From the NCBI RefSeq assembly GCF_009914755.1, contig NC_060931.1: DNA of 64,000 bases. The stretch is one strand, 5' to 3'. This DNA comes from the human T2T-CHM13v2.0 reference genome, Homo sapiens. The position numbers and the translations under genes were made by a program. Below, piece after piece: positions 53,901 through 64,000 of the stretch (positions are counted from its first letter, which is position 1; each line of letters begins with the position of its first letter). Under the pieces are notes generated by a model that was given only the letters and a program-made list of their open reading frames with translations, searched no databases and was not told the origin of the DNA.

Positions 53901-56900
53901 GCCTTCGTTGCAAACGGGGTTTCTTCCGTGAATGCTAGACTAAGAAGAGTTCTCAGTAACTTTCTTGTGTTGTGTGTATTCAACTCACAGAGTTGAACCT
54001 TGCTTTAGAGAGAGCAGATTTGAAACACTCTTGCTGTGGCATTTTCAGGTGGAGATTTCAAGCGATTTGAGGACAATTGCAGAAAAGGAAATATCTTCGT
54101 ATAATAACCAGACAGAATCATTCTCAGAAAGTGCTTTGTGATGTGTGCGTTCAACTCACAGAGTTTCACCTTTCTTTTCATAGAGGAGTTTGGAAACACT
54201 CTGTTTGTAAAGTCTGCAATTGGATATATGGACCTGTTTGAGGCCTTCGTTGGAAACGGGATTTCTTCATTGAATGCTAGACGGAACAATTCTCAGTAAA
54301 TTCTTTGTGTTGTGTGCATTCAACTCACAGAGTGGAACGTCCCTTTAGAGAGAGCAGATTTGAAACACTCTTTTTGCGGAATTTGCAAGTGGAGATTTCT
54401 AGCCATTTGATGCCAACAGTAGAAAGGGAAATATCTTCAAATAAAAACCAGACAGAATCATTCTCAGAAAATTCATTGTGATGTGTGCGTTCAACTCACA
54501 TAGTTTAACCTTTCTTTTCATAGAGCAGTTTGGAAACACTCTGTTTGTAAAGTCTGCAAGTGGATATATGGACCGCATTGAGGCCTTCGTTGGAAACGGG
54601 ATTTCTTCATTTCATGCTAGACAGAAGAATTCTCAGTAACTTCTTTGTGTTGTGTGTATTCAACTCACAGATTGGAACGTCCCTTTACACAGAGCAGATT
54701 TGAAACACTCTTTTTGTGGAATTTGCAAGTGGAGATTTCAAGCGATTTGATGCCAACAGTAGAAAAGGAAATATCTGCAAATAAAAACTAGACAGAATCA
54801 TTCTCAGAAAGTGCTTTGTGATGTGTGCGTTCAAATCAAAGAGTTTAACCTTTCTTTTCATAGAGGAGTTTGGAAACACACTGTTTGTAAAGTCTGCAAG
54901 TGGATATATGGACCTGTTTGAGGCCTTCGTTGGAAACGGGATTTTATCATATAATGCTAGACGGAAGAATTCTCAGTAAATTCTTTGTGTTGTGTGCATT
55001 CAACTCACAGAGTGGAACGTCCCTTTAGACAGAGCACATTTGAAACACTCTTTTTGCGGAATTTGCAAGTGGAGATTTCTAGCCATTTGATGCCAACAGT
55101 AGAAAGGGAAATATCTTCAAATAAAAACTAGACAGAATCATCCTCAGAAAATTCTTTGTGATGTGTGCGTTCAACTCACATAGTTTAACCTTTCTTTTCA
55201 TAGAGCAGTTTGGAAACACTCTGTTGGTAATGTCTGCAAGTGGATATATGGACCGCTTTGAGGCCTTCGTTGGCAACGGGATTTCTTCATTTCATGCTAG
55301 ACAGAAGAATTCTCAGTAACTTCTTTGTGTTGTGTGTATTCAACTCACAGATTGGAACGTCCCTTTACACAGAGCAGATTTGAAACACTCTTTTTGTGGA
55401 ATTTGCAAGTGGAGATTTCAAGCGATTTGATGCCAACAGTAGAAAAGGAAATATCTGCAAATAAAAACTAGACAGAATCATTCTCAGAAAGTGCTTTGTG
55501 ATGTGTGCATTCAACTCACAGAGTTTAACCTTTCTTTCCATAGAGGAGTTTGGAAACACACTGTTTGTAAAGTCTGCAATTGGATATATGGACCTGTTTG
55601 AGGCCTTCGTTGGAAACGGGATTTCTTCATTGAATGCTAGACGGAAGAATTCTCAGTAAATTCTTTGTGTTGTGTGCATTCAACTCACAGAGTGGAACGT
55701 CCCTTTAGACAGAGCAGATTTGAAACACTCTTTTTGCGGAATTTGCAAGTGGAGATTTCTAGCCATTTGATGCCAACAGTAGAAAGGGAAATATCTTCAA
55801 ATAAAAACCAGACAGAATCATTCTCAGAAACTTCTTTGTGATGTGTGCGTTCAACTCACATAGTTTAACCTTTCTTTTCATAGAGCAGTTTGGAAACACT
55901 CTGTTTGTAAAGTCTGCAAGTGGATATATGGACCGCATTGAGGCCTTCGTTGGAAACGGGATTTCTTCATTTCATGCTAGACAGAAGAATTCTCAGTAAC
56001 TTCTTTGTGCTGTGTGTATTCAACTCACAGAGTGGAACGTCCCTTTACACAGAGCAGATTTGAAACACTCTTTTTGTGGAATTTGCAAGTGGAGATTTCA
56101 AGCGATTTGATGCCAACAGTAGAAAAGGAAATATCTTCAAATAAAAACTAGACAGAATCATTCTCAGAAACTACTTTGTGATGTGTGCCTTCAACTCACA
56201 GAGTTTAACCTTTCTTTTCTTAGAGCAGTTTAGAAACACTCTGCTTGTTATGTCTGCAAGTGGATATTTGGACCTCTTTGAGGCCTTCGTTGCAAACGGG
56301 GTTTCTTCCTTGAATGCTAGACTAAGAAGAGTTCTCAGTAACTTTCTTGTGTTGTGTGTATTCAACTCACAGAGTTGAACCTTGCTTTAGAGAGAGCAGA
56401 TTTGAAACACTCTTGCTGTGGCATTTTCAGGTGGAGATTTCAAGCGATTTGAGGACAATTGCAGAAAAGGAAATATCTTCGTATAATAACCAGACAGAAT
56501 CATTCTCAGAAAGTGCTTTGTGATGTGTGCGTTCAACTCACAGAGTTTAACCTTTCTTTTCATAGAGGAGTTTGGAAACACTCTGTTTGTAAAGTCTGCA
56601 ATTGGATATATGGACCTGTTTGAGGCCTTCGTTGGAAACGGGATTTCTTCATTGAATGCTAGACGGAAGAATTCTCAGTAAATTCTTTGTGTTGTGTGCA
56701 TTCAACTCACAGAGTGGAACGTCCCTTTAGAGAGAGCAGATTTGAAACACTCTTTTTGCGGAATTTGCAAGTGGAGATTTCTAGCCATTTGATGCCAACA
56801 GTAGAAAGGGAAATATCTTCAAATAAAAACCAGACAGAATCATTCTCAGAAAATTCATTGTGATGTGTGCGTTCAACTCACATAGTTTAACCTTTCTTTT

Positions 56901-59900
56901 CATAGAGCAGTTTGGAAACACTCTGTTTGTAAAGTCTGCAAGTGGATATATGGACCGCATTGAGGCCTTCGTTGGAAACGGGATTTCTTCATTTCATGCT
57001 AGACAGAAGAATTCTCAGTAACTTCTTTGTGTTGTGTGTATTCAACTCACAGATTGGAACGTCCCTTTACACAGAGCAGATTTGAAACACTCTTTTTGTG
57101 GAATTTGCAAGTGGAGATTTCAAGCGATTTGATGCCAACAGTAGAAAAGGAAATATCTTCAAATAAAAACTAGACAGAATCATTCTCAGAAACTACTTTG
57201 TGATGTGTGCCTTCAACTCACAGAGTTTAACCTTTCTTTTCCTAGAGCAGATTAGAAACACTCTGCTTGTTATGTCTGCAAGTGGATATTTGGACCTCTT
57301 TGAGGCCTTCGTTGCAAACGGGGTTTCTTCCTTTAATGCTAGACTAAGAAGAGTTCTCAGTAACTTTCTTGTGTTGTGTGTATTCAACTCACAGAGTTGA
57401 ACCTTGCTTTAGAGAGAGCAGATTTGAAACACTCTTGCTGTGGCATTTTCAGGTGGAGATTTCAAGCGATTTGAGGACAATTGCAGAAAAGGAAATATCT
57501 TCGTATAATAACCAGACAGAATCATTCTCAGAAAGTGCTTTGTGATGTGTGCGTTCAACTCACAGAGTTTAACCTTTCTTTTCATAGAGGAGTTTGGAAA
57601 CACACTGTGTGTAAAGTCTGCAAGTGGATATATGGACCTGTTTGAGGCCTTCGTTGGAAACGGGATTTTATCATATAATGCTAGACGGAAGAATTCTCAG
57701 TAAATTCTTTGTGTTGTGTGCATTCAACTCACAGAGTGGAACGTCCCTTTAGACAGAGCAGATTTGAAACACTCTTTTTGCGGAATTTCCAAGTGGAGAT
57801 TTCTAGCCATTTGATGCCAACCGTAGAAAGGGAAATATCTTCAAATAAAAACTAGACAGAATCATCCTCAGAAAATTCTTTGTGATGTGTGCGTTCAACT
57901 CACATAGTTTAACCTTTCTTTTCATAGAGCAGTTTGGAAACACTCTGTTTGTAAAGTCTGCAAGTGGATATATGGACCGCATTGAGGCCTTCGTTGGAAA
58001 CGGGATTTCTTCATTTCATGCTAGACAGAAGAATTCTCAGTAACTTCTTTGTGCTGTGTGTATTCAACTCACAGAGTGGAACGTCCCTTTACACAGAGCA
58101 GATTTGAAACACTCTTTTTGTGGAATTTGCAAGTGGAGATTTCAAGCGATTTGATGCCAACAGTAGAAAAGGAAATATCTTCAAATAAAAACTAGACAGA
58201 ATCATTCTCAGAAACTACTTTGTGATGTGTGCCTTCAACTCACAGAGTTTAACCTTTCTTTTCTTAGAGCAGTTTAGAAACACTCTGCTTGTTATGTCTG
58301 CAAGTGGATATTTGGACCTCTTTGAGGCCTTCGTTGCAAACGGGGTTTCTTCCTTTAATGCTAGACTAAGAAGAGTTCTCAGTAACTTTTTTGTGTTGTG
58401 TGTATTCAACTCACAGAGTTGAACCTTGCTTTAGAGAGAGCAGATTTGAAACACTCTTGCTGTGGCATTTTCAGGTGGAGATTTCAAGCGATTTGAGGAC
58501 AATTGCAGAAAAGGAAATATCTTCGTATAATAACCAGACAGAGTCATTCTCAGAAAGTGCTTTGTGATGTGTGCGTTCAACTCACAGAGTTTAACCTTTC
58601 TTTTCATAGAGGAGTTTGGAAACACACTGTTTGTAAAGTCTGCAATTGGATATATGGACCTGTTTGAGGCCTTCGTTGGAAACGGGATTTCTTCATTGAA
58701 TGCTAGACGGAAGAATTCTCAGTAAATTCTTTGTGTTGTGTGCATTCAACTCACAGAGTGGAACGTCCCTTTAGACAGAGCACATTTGAAACACTCTTTT
58801 TGCGGAATTTGCAAGTGGAGATTTTTAGCCATTTGATGAAAACTGTAGAAAGGGAAATATCTTCAAATAAAAACTAGACAGAATCATCCTCAGAAAATTC
58901 TTTGTGATGTGTGCGTTCAACTCACATAGTTTAACCTTTCTTTTCATAGAGCAGTTAGGAAACACTCTGTTGGTAATGTCTGCAAGTCGATATATGGACC
59001 GCTTTGGGGCCTTCGTTGGAAACGGGATTTCTTCATTTCATGCTAGACAGAAGAATTCTCAGTAACTTCTTTGTGTTGTGTGTATTCAACTCACAGAGTG
59101 GAACGTCCCTTTACACAGAGCAGATTTGAAACACTCTTTTTGTGGAATTTGCAAGTGGAGATTTCAAGCGATTTGATGCCAACAGTAGAAAAGGAAATAT
59201 CTGCAAATAAAAACTAGACAGAATCATTCTCAGAAAGTGCTTTGTGATGTGTGCGTTCAACTCACAGAGTTTAACCTTTCTTTTCATAGAGGAGTTTGGA
59301 AACACACTGTTTGTAAAGTCTGCAATTGGATATATGGACCTCTTTGAGGCCTTCGTTGGAAACGGGATTTCTTCATTGAATGCTAGACGGAAGAATTCTC
59401 AGTAAATTCTTTGTGTTGTGTGCATTCAACTCACAGAGTGGAACGTCCCTTTAGACAGAGCAGATTTGAAACACTCTTTTTGCGGAATTTGCAAGTGGAG
59501 ATTTCTAGCCATTTGATGCCAACAGTAGAAAGGGAAATATCTTCAAATAAAAACCAGACAGAATCATTCTCAGAAAATTCTTTGTGATGTGTGCGTTCAA
59601 CTCACATAGTTTAACCTTTCTTTTCATAGAGCCGTTTGGAAACACTCGTTTGTAAAGTCTGCAAGTGGATATATGGACCGCATTGAGGCCTTCGTTGGAA
59701 ACGGGATTTCTTCATTTCATGCTAGACAGAAGAATTCTCAGTAACTTCTTTGTGCTGTGTGTATTCAACTCACAGAGTGGAACGTCCCTTTACACAGAGC
59801 AGATTTGAAACACTCTTTTTGTGGAAATTGCAAGTGGAGATTTCAAGCGATTTGATGCCAACAGTAGAAAAGGAAATATCTTCAAATAAAAACTAGACAG

Positions 59901-62900
59901 AATCATTCTCAGAAACTACTTTGTGATGTGTGCCTTCAACTCACAGAGTTTAATTTTTCTTTTCTTAGAGCAGTTTAGAAACACTCTGCTTGTTATGTCT
60001 GCAAGTGGATATTTGGACCTCTTTGAGGCCTTTGTTGCAAACGGGGTTTCTTCCTTTAATGCTAGACTAAGAAGTGTTCTCAGTAACTTTTTTGTGTTGT
60101 GTGTATTCAACTCACAGAGTTGAACCTTGCTTTAGAGAGAGCAGATTTGAAACACTCTTGCTGTGGCATTTTCAGGTGGAGATTTCAAGCGATTTGAGGA
60201 CAATTGCAGAAAAGGAAATATCTTCGTATAATAACCAGACAGAATCATTCTCAGAAAGTGCTTTGTGATGTGTGCGTTCAACTCACAGAGTTTAACCTTT
60301 TTTTTCATAGAGGATTTTGGAAACACACTGTTTGTAAAGTCTGCAATTGGATATATGGACCTGTTTGAGGCCTTCGTTGGAAACGTGATTTTATCATATA
60401 ATGCTACACGGAAGAATTCTCTGTAAATTCTTTGTGTTGTGTGCCTTCAACTCACAGAGTGGAACGTCCCTTTAGACAGAGCAGATTTGAAACACTCTTT
60501 TTGCGGAATTTGCAAGTGGAGATTTCTAGCCATTTGATGCCAACAGTAGAAAGGGAAATATCTTCAAATAAAAACCAGACAGAATCATTCTCAGAAAATT
60601 CTTTGTGATGTGTGCGTTCAACTCACATAGTTTAACCTTTCTTTTCATAGAGCAGTTTGGAAACACTCTGTTTGTAAAGTCTGCAAGTGGATATATGGAC
60701 CGCATTGAGGCCTTCGTTGGAAACGGGATTTCTTCATTTCATGCTAGACAGAATAATTCTCAGTAACTTCTTTGTGTTGTGTGTATTCAACTCACAGATT
60801 GGAACGTCCCTTTACACAGAGCAGATTTGAAACACTCTTGTTGTGGAATTTGCAAGTGGAGATTTCAAGCGATTTGATGCCAACAGTAGAAAAGGAAATA
60901 TCTGCAAATAAATCTAGACAGAATCATTCTCAGAAAGTGCTTTGTGATGTGTGCGTTCAAATCAAAGAGTTTAAGCTTTCCTTTCATAGAGGAGTTTGGA
61001 AACACACTGTTTGTAAAGTCTGCAAGTGGATATATGGACCTGTTTGAGGCCTTCGTTGGAAACGGGATTTTATCATATAATGCTAGACGGAAGAATTCTC
61101 AGTAAATTCTTTGTGTTGTGTGCATTCAACTCACAGAGTGGAACGTCCCTTTAGACAGAGCAGATTTGAAACACTCTTTTTGCGGAATTTGCAAGTGGAG
61201 ATTTCTAGCCATTTGATGCCAACAGTAGAAAGGGAAATATCTTCAACTAAAAACTAGACAGAATCATCCTCAAAAAATTCTTTGTGATGTGTGCGTTCAA
61301 CTCACATAGTTTAACCTTTCTTTTCATAGAGCAGTTTGGAAACACTCTGTTGGTAATGTCTGCAAGTGGATATATGGACCGCTTTGAGGCCTTCGTTGGA
61401 AACGGGATTTCTTCATTTCATGCTAGACAGAAGAATTCTCAGTAACTTCTTTGTGTTGTGTGTATTCAACTCACAGATTGGAACGTCCCTTTACACAGAG
61501 CAGATTTGGAACACTCTTTTTGTGGTATTTGCAAGTGGAGATTTCAAGCGATTTGATGCCAACAGTAGAAAAGGAAATATCTGCAAATAAAAACTAGACA
61601 GAATCATTCTCAGAAAGTGCTTTGTGATGTGTGCATTCAACTCACAGAGTTTAACCTTTCTTTTCATAGAGGAGTTTGGAAACACACTGTTTGTAAAGTC
61701 TGCAATTGGATATATGGACCTGTTTGAGGCCTTCGTTGGAAACGGGATTTCTTCATTGAATGCTAGACGGAAGAATTCTCAGTAAATTCTTTGTGTTGTG
61801 TGCATTCAACTCACAGAGTGGAACGTCCCTTTAGACAGAGCAGATTTGAAACACTCTTTTTGCGGAATTTGCAAGTGGAGATTTCTAGCCATTTGATGCC
61901 AACATTAGAAAGGGAAATATCTTCAAATAAAAACCAGACAGAATCATTCTCAGAAAATTCTTTGTGATGTGTGCGTTCAACTCACATAGTTTAACCTTTC
62001 TTTTCATAGAGCAGTTTGGAAACACTCTGTTTGTAAAGTCTGCAAGTGGATATATGGACCGCATTGAGGCCTTCGTTGGAAACGGGATTTCTTCATTTCA
62101 TGCTAGACAGAAGAATTCTCAGTAACTTCTTTGTGCTGTGTGTATTCAACTCACAGAGTGGAACGTCCCTTTGCACAGAGCAGATTTGAAACACTCTTTT
62201 TGTGGAATTTGCAAGTGGAGATTTCAAGCGATTTGATGCCAACAGTAGAAAAGGAAATATCTTCAAATAAAAACTAGACAGAATCATTCTCAGAAACTAC
62301 TTTGTGATGTGTGCCTTCAACTCACAGAGTTTAACCTTTCTTTTCTTAGAGCAGTTTAGAAACACTCTGCTTGTTATGTCTGCAAGTGGATATTTGGACC
62401 TCTTTGAGGCCTTCGTTGCAAACGGGGTTTCTTCCTTTAATGCTAGACTAAGAAGAGTTCTCAGTAACTTTTTTGTGTTGTGTGTATTCAACTCACAGAG
62501 TTGAACCTTGCTTTAGAGAGAGCAGATTTCAAACACTCTTGCTGTGGCATTTTCAGGTGGAGATTTCAAGCGATTTGAGGACAATTGCAGAAAAGGAAAT
62601 ATCTTCGTATAATAACCAGACAGAATCATTCTCAGAAAGTGCTTTGTGATGTGTGCGTTCAACTCACAGAGTTTAACCTTTCTTTTCATAGAGGAGTTTG
62701 GAAACACACTGTTTGTAAAGTCTGCAATTGGATATATGGACCTGTTTGTGGCCTTCGTTGGAAACGGGATTTCTTCACTGAATGCTAGATGGAAGAATTC
62801 TCAGTAAATTCTTTGTGTTGTGTGCATTCAACTCACAGAGTGGAAAGTCCCTTTAGACAGAGCACATTTGAAACACTCTTTTTGCGGAATTTGCAAGTGG

Positions 62901-64000
62901 AGATTTCTAGCCATTTGATGCCAACAGTAGAAAGGGAAATATCTTCAAATAAAAACTAGACAGAATCATCCTCAGAAAATTCTTTGTGATGTGTGCGTTC
63001 AACTCACATAGTTTAACCTTTCTTTTCATAGAGCAGTTAGGAAACACTCTGTTGGTAATGTCTGCAAGTGGATATATGTACCGCGTTGGGGCCTTCGTTG
63101 GAAACGGGATTTCTTCATTTCATGCTAGACAGAAGAATTCTCAGTAACTTCTTTGTGTTGTGTGTATTCAACTCACAGATTGGAACGTGCCTTTACACAG
63201 AGCAGATTTGAAACACTCTTTTTGTGGAATTTGCAAGAGGAGATTTCAAGCGATTTGATGCCAACAGTAGAAAAGGAAAGATCTTCTAATAAAAACTAGA
63301 CAGAATCATTCTCAGAAACTACTTTGTGATGTGTGCCTTCAACTCACAGAGTTTAACCTTTCTTTTCTTAGAGCAGATTAGAAACACTCTGCTTGTTATG
63401 TCTGCAAGTGGATATTTGGACCTCTTTGAGGCCTTCGTTGCAAACGGGGTTTCTTCCTTGAATGCTAGACTAAGAAGAGTTCTCAGTAACTTTCTTGTGT
63501 TGTGTGTATTCAACTCACAGAGTTGAACCTTGCTTTAGAGAGAGCAGATTTGAAACACTCTTGCTGTGGCATTTTCAGGTGGAGATTTCAAGCGATTTGA
63601 GGACAATTGCAGAAAAGGAAATATCTTCGTATAATAACCAGACAGAATCATTCTCAGAAAGTGCTTTCTGATGTGTGCGTTCAACTCACAGAGTTTAACC
63701 TTTCTTTTCATAGAGGAGTTTGGAAACACACTGTTTGTAAAGTCTGCAAGTGGATATATGGACCTGTTTGAGGCCTTCTTTGGAAACGGGATTTTATCAT
63801 ATAATGCTAGACGGAAGAATTCTCAGTAAATTCTTTGTGTTGTGTGCATTCAACTCACAGAGTGGAACGTCCCTTTAGACAGAGCAGATTTGAAACACTC
63901 TTTTTGCGGAATTTGCAAGTGGAGATTTCTAGCCATTTGATGCCAACAGTAGAAAGGGAAATATCTTCAAATAAAAACTAGACAGAATCATCCTCAGAAA
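47995..64000 (+). repeat. Mixed HOR block: 10,6,6,6(-7 bp),6,14,6,6,10,14,6-mers plus a partial unit
   Basis: A starts at 47995, 49697, 50719, 51741, 52756, 53778, 56160, 57182, 58204, 59905, 62286 and 63308. Confidence 0.9.

Larger units (their letters stand above)
1..64000 (+). repeat. Centromeric alpha-satellite HOR array, SF1 dimeric type, single orientation; probably human chr7 D7Z1 (S1C7H1L)
   Basis: The motif ATTCTCAGAAA/AATTCTCAGTAA...TTCAACTCACAGAG...TTTG(G)AAACACTCT recurs every ~170 bp from base 1 to the end. CTTCGTTGGAAACGGGA and GAATTC recur every ~340 bp. The basic HOR is 1022 bp. The alpha-satellite/SF1 call is near certain; the chr7 assignment is about 0.75. Confidence 0.98.

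Noticed and set aside
12-63729. About 150 short ORFs (63-132 aa) on both strands with recurring peptides such as MFPNSSMKRKVKLCELNAHITK
   Set aside because: They recur with the satellite period, overlap on opposite strands, appear or vanish with single SNPs and indels, often use non-ATG starts, and resemble no protein family I recognise. They are incidental reading frames of alpha-satellite.
1-64000. CRISPR-like array or novel prokaryotic repeat system
   Set aside because: There are no unique spacers and no cas or other genes. The entire sequence is repeated and carries CENP-B boxes, which is diagnostic of primate alphoid DNA.
1-64000. L1/Alu insertion, inversion or monomeric (non-HOR) alpha-satellite boundary
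   Set aside because: Anchor spacings are all modular to within a few bp, CENP-B boxes stay on one strand, and I saw no poly-A tails, target-site duplications or foreign sequence.

Overview
The whole 64 kb window is one uninterrupted, head-to-tail array of primate (most likely human) centromeric alpha-satellite. It has ~171-bp monomers arranged as ~340-bp dimers, with a CENP-B box in every second monomer and an EcoRI site at most dimer junctions, the organisation typical of suprachromosomal family 1 (SF1). The basic higher-order repeat (HOR) is a 1022-bp 6-mer, which I label A-B-C-D-E-F. Its size and a distinctive monomer (GCTGTGGCATTTTCAGGTGG...AGCGATTTGAGGACAATTGC) point to the chromosome 7 array D7Z1, but that assignment is from recall and needs a database check. 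Using the unique A monomer as an anchor I count 45 complete HOR units: 24 6-mers, 14 10-mers, 4 14-mers, 2 12-mers and 1 8-mer. I found no genes, transposon insertions, inversions or CRISPR arrays, and every ORF in the track is an artefact of the repeat. I see no new gene-encoded biological system. The interesting signal is structural: hybrid monomers with mappable breakpoints, nested super-repeats (16-, 18- and possibly 36-mers), apparently reciprocal 8-mer/12-mer products, and evidence that 6-mers arose more than once from a 10-mer. All counts were made by eye.
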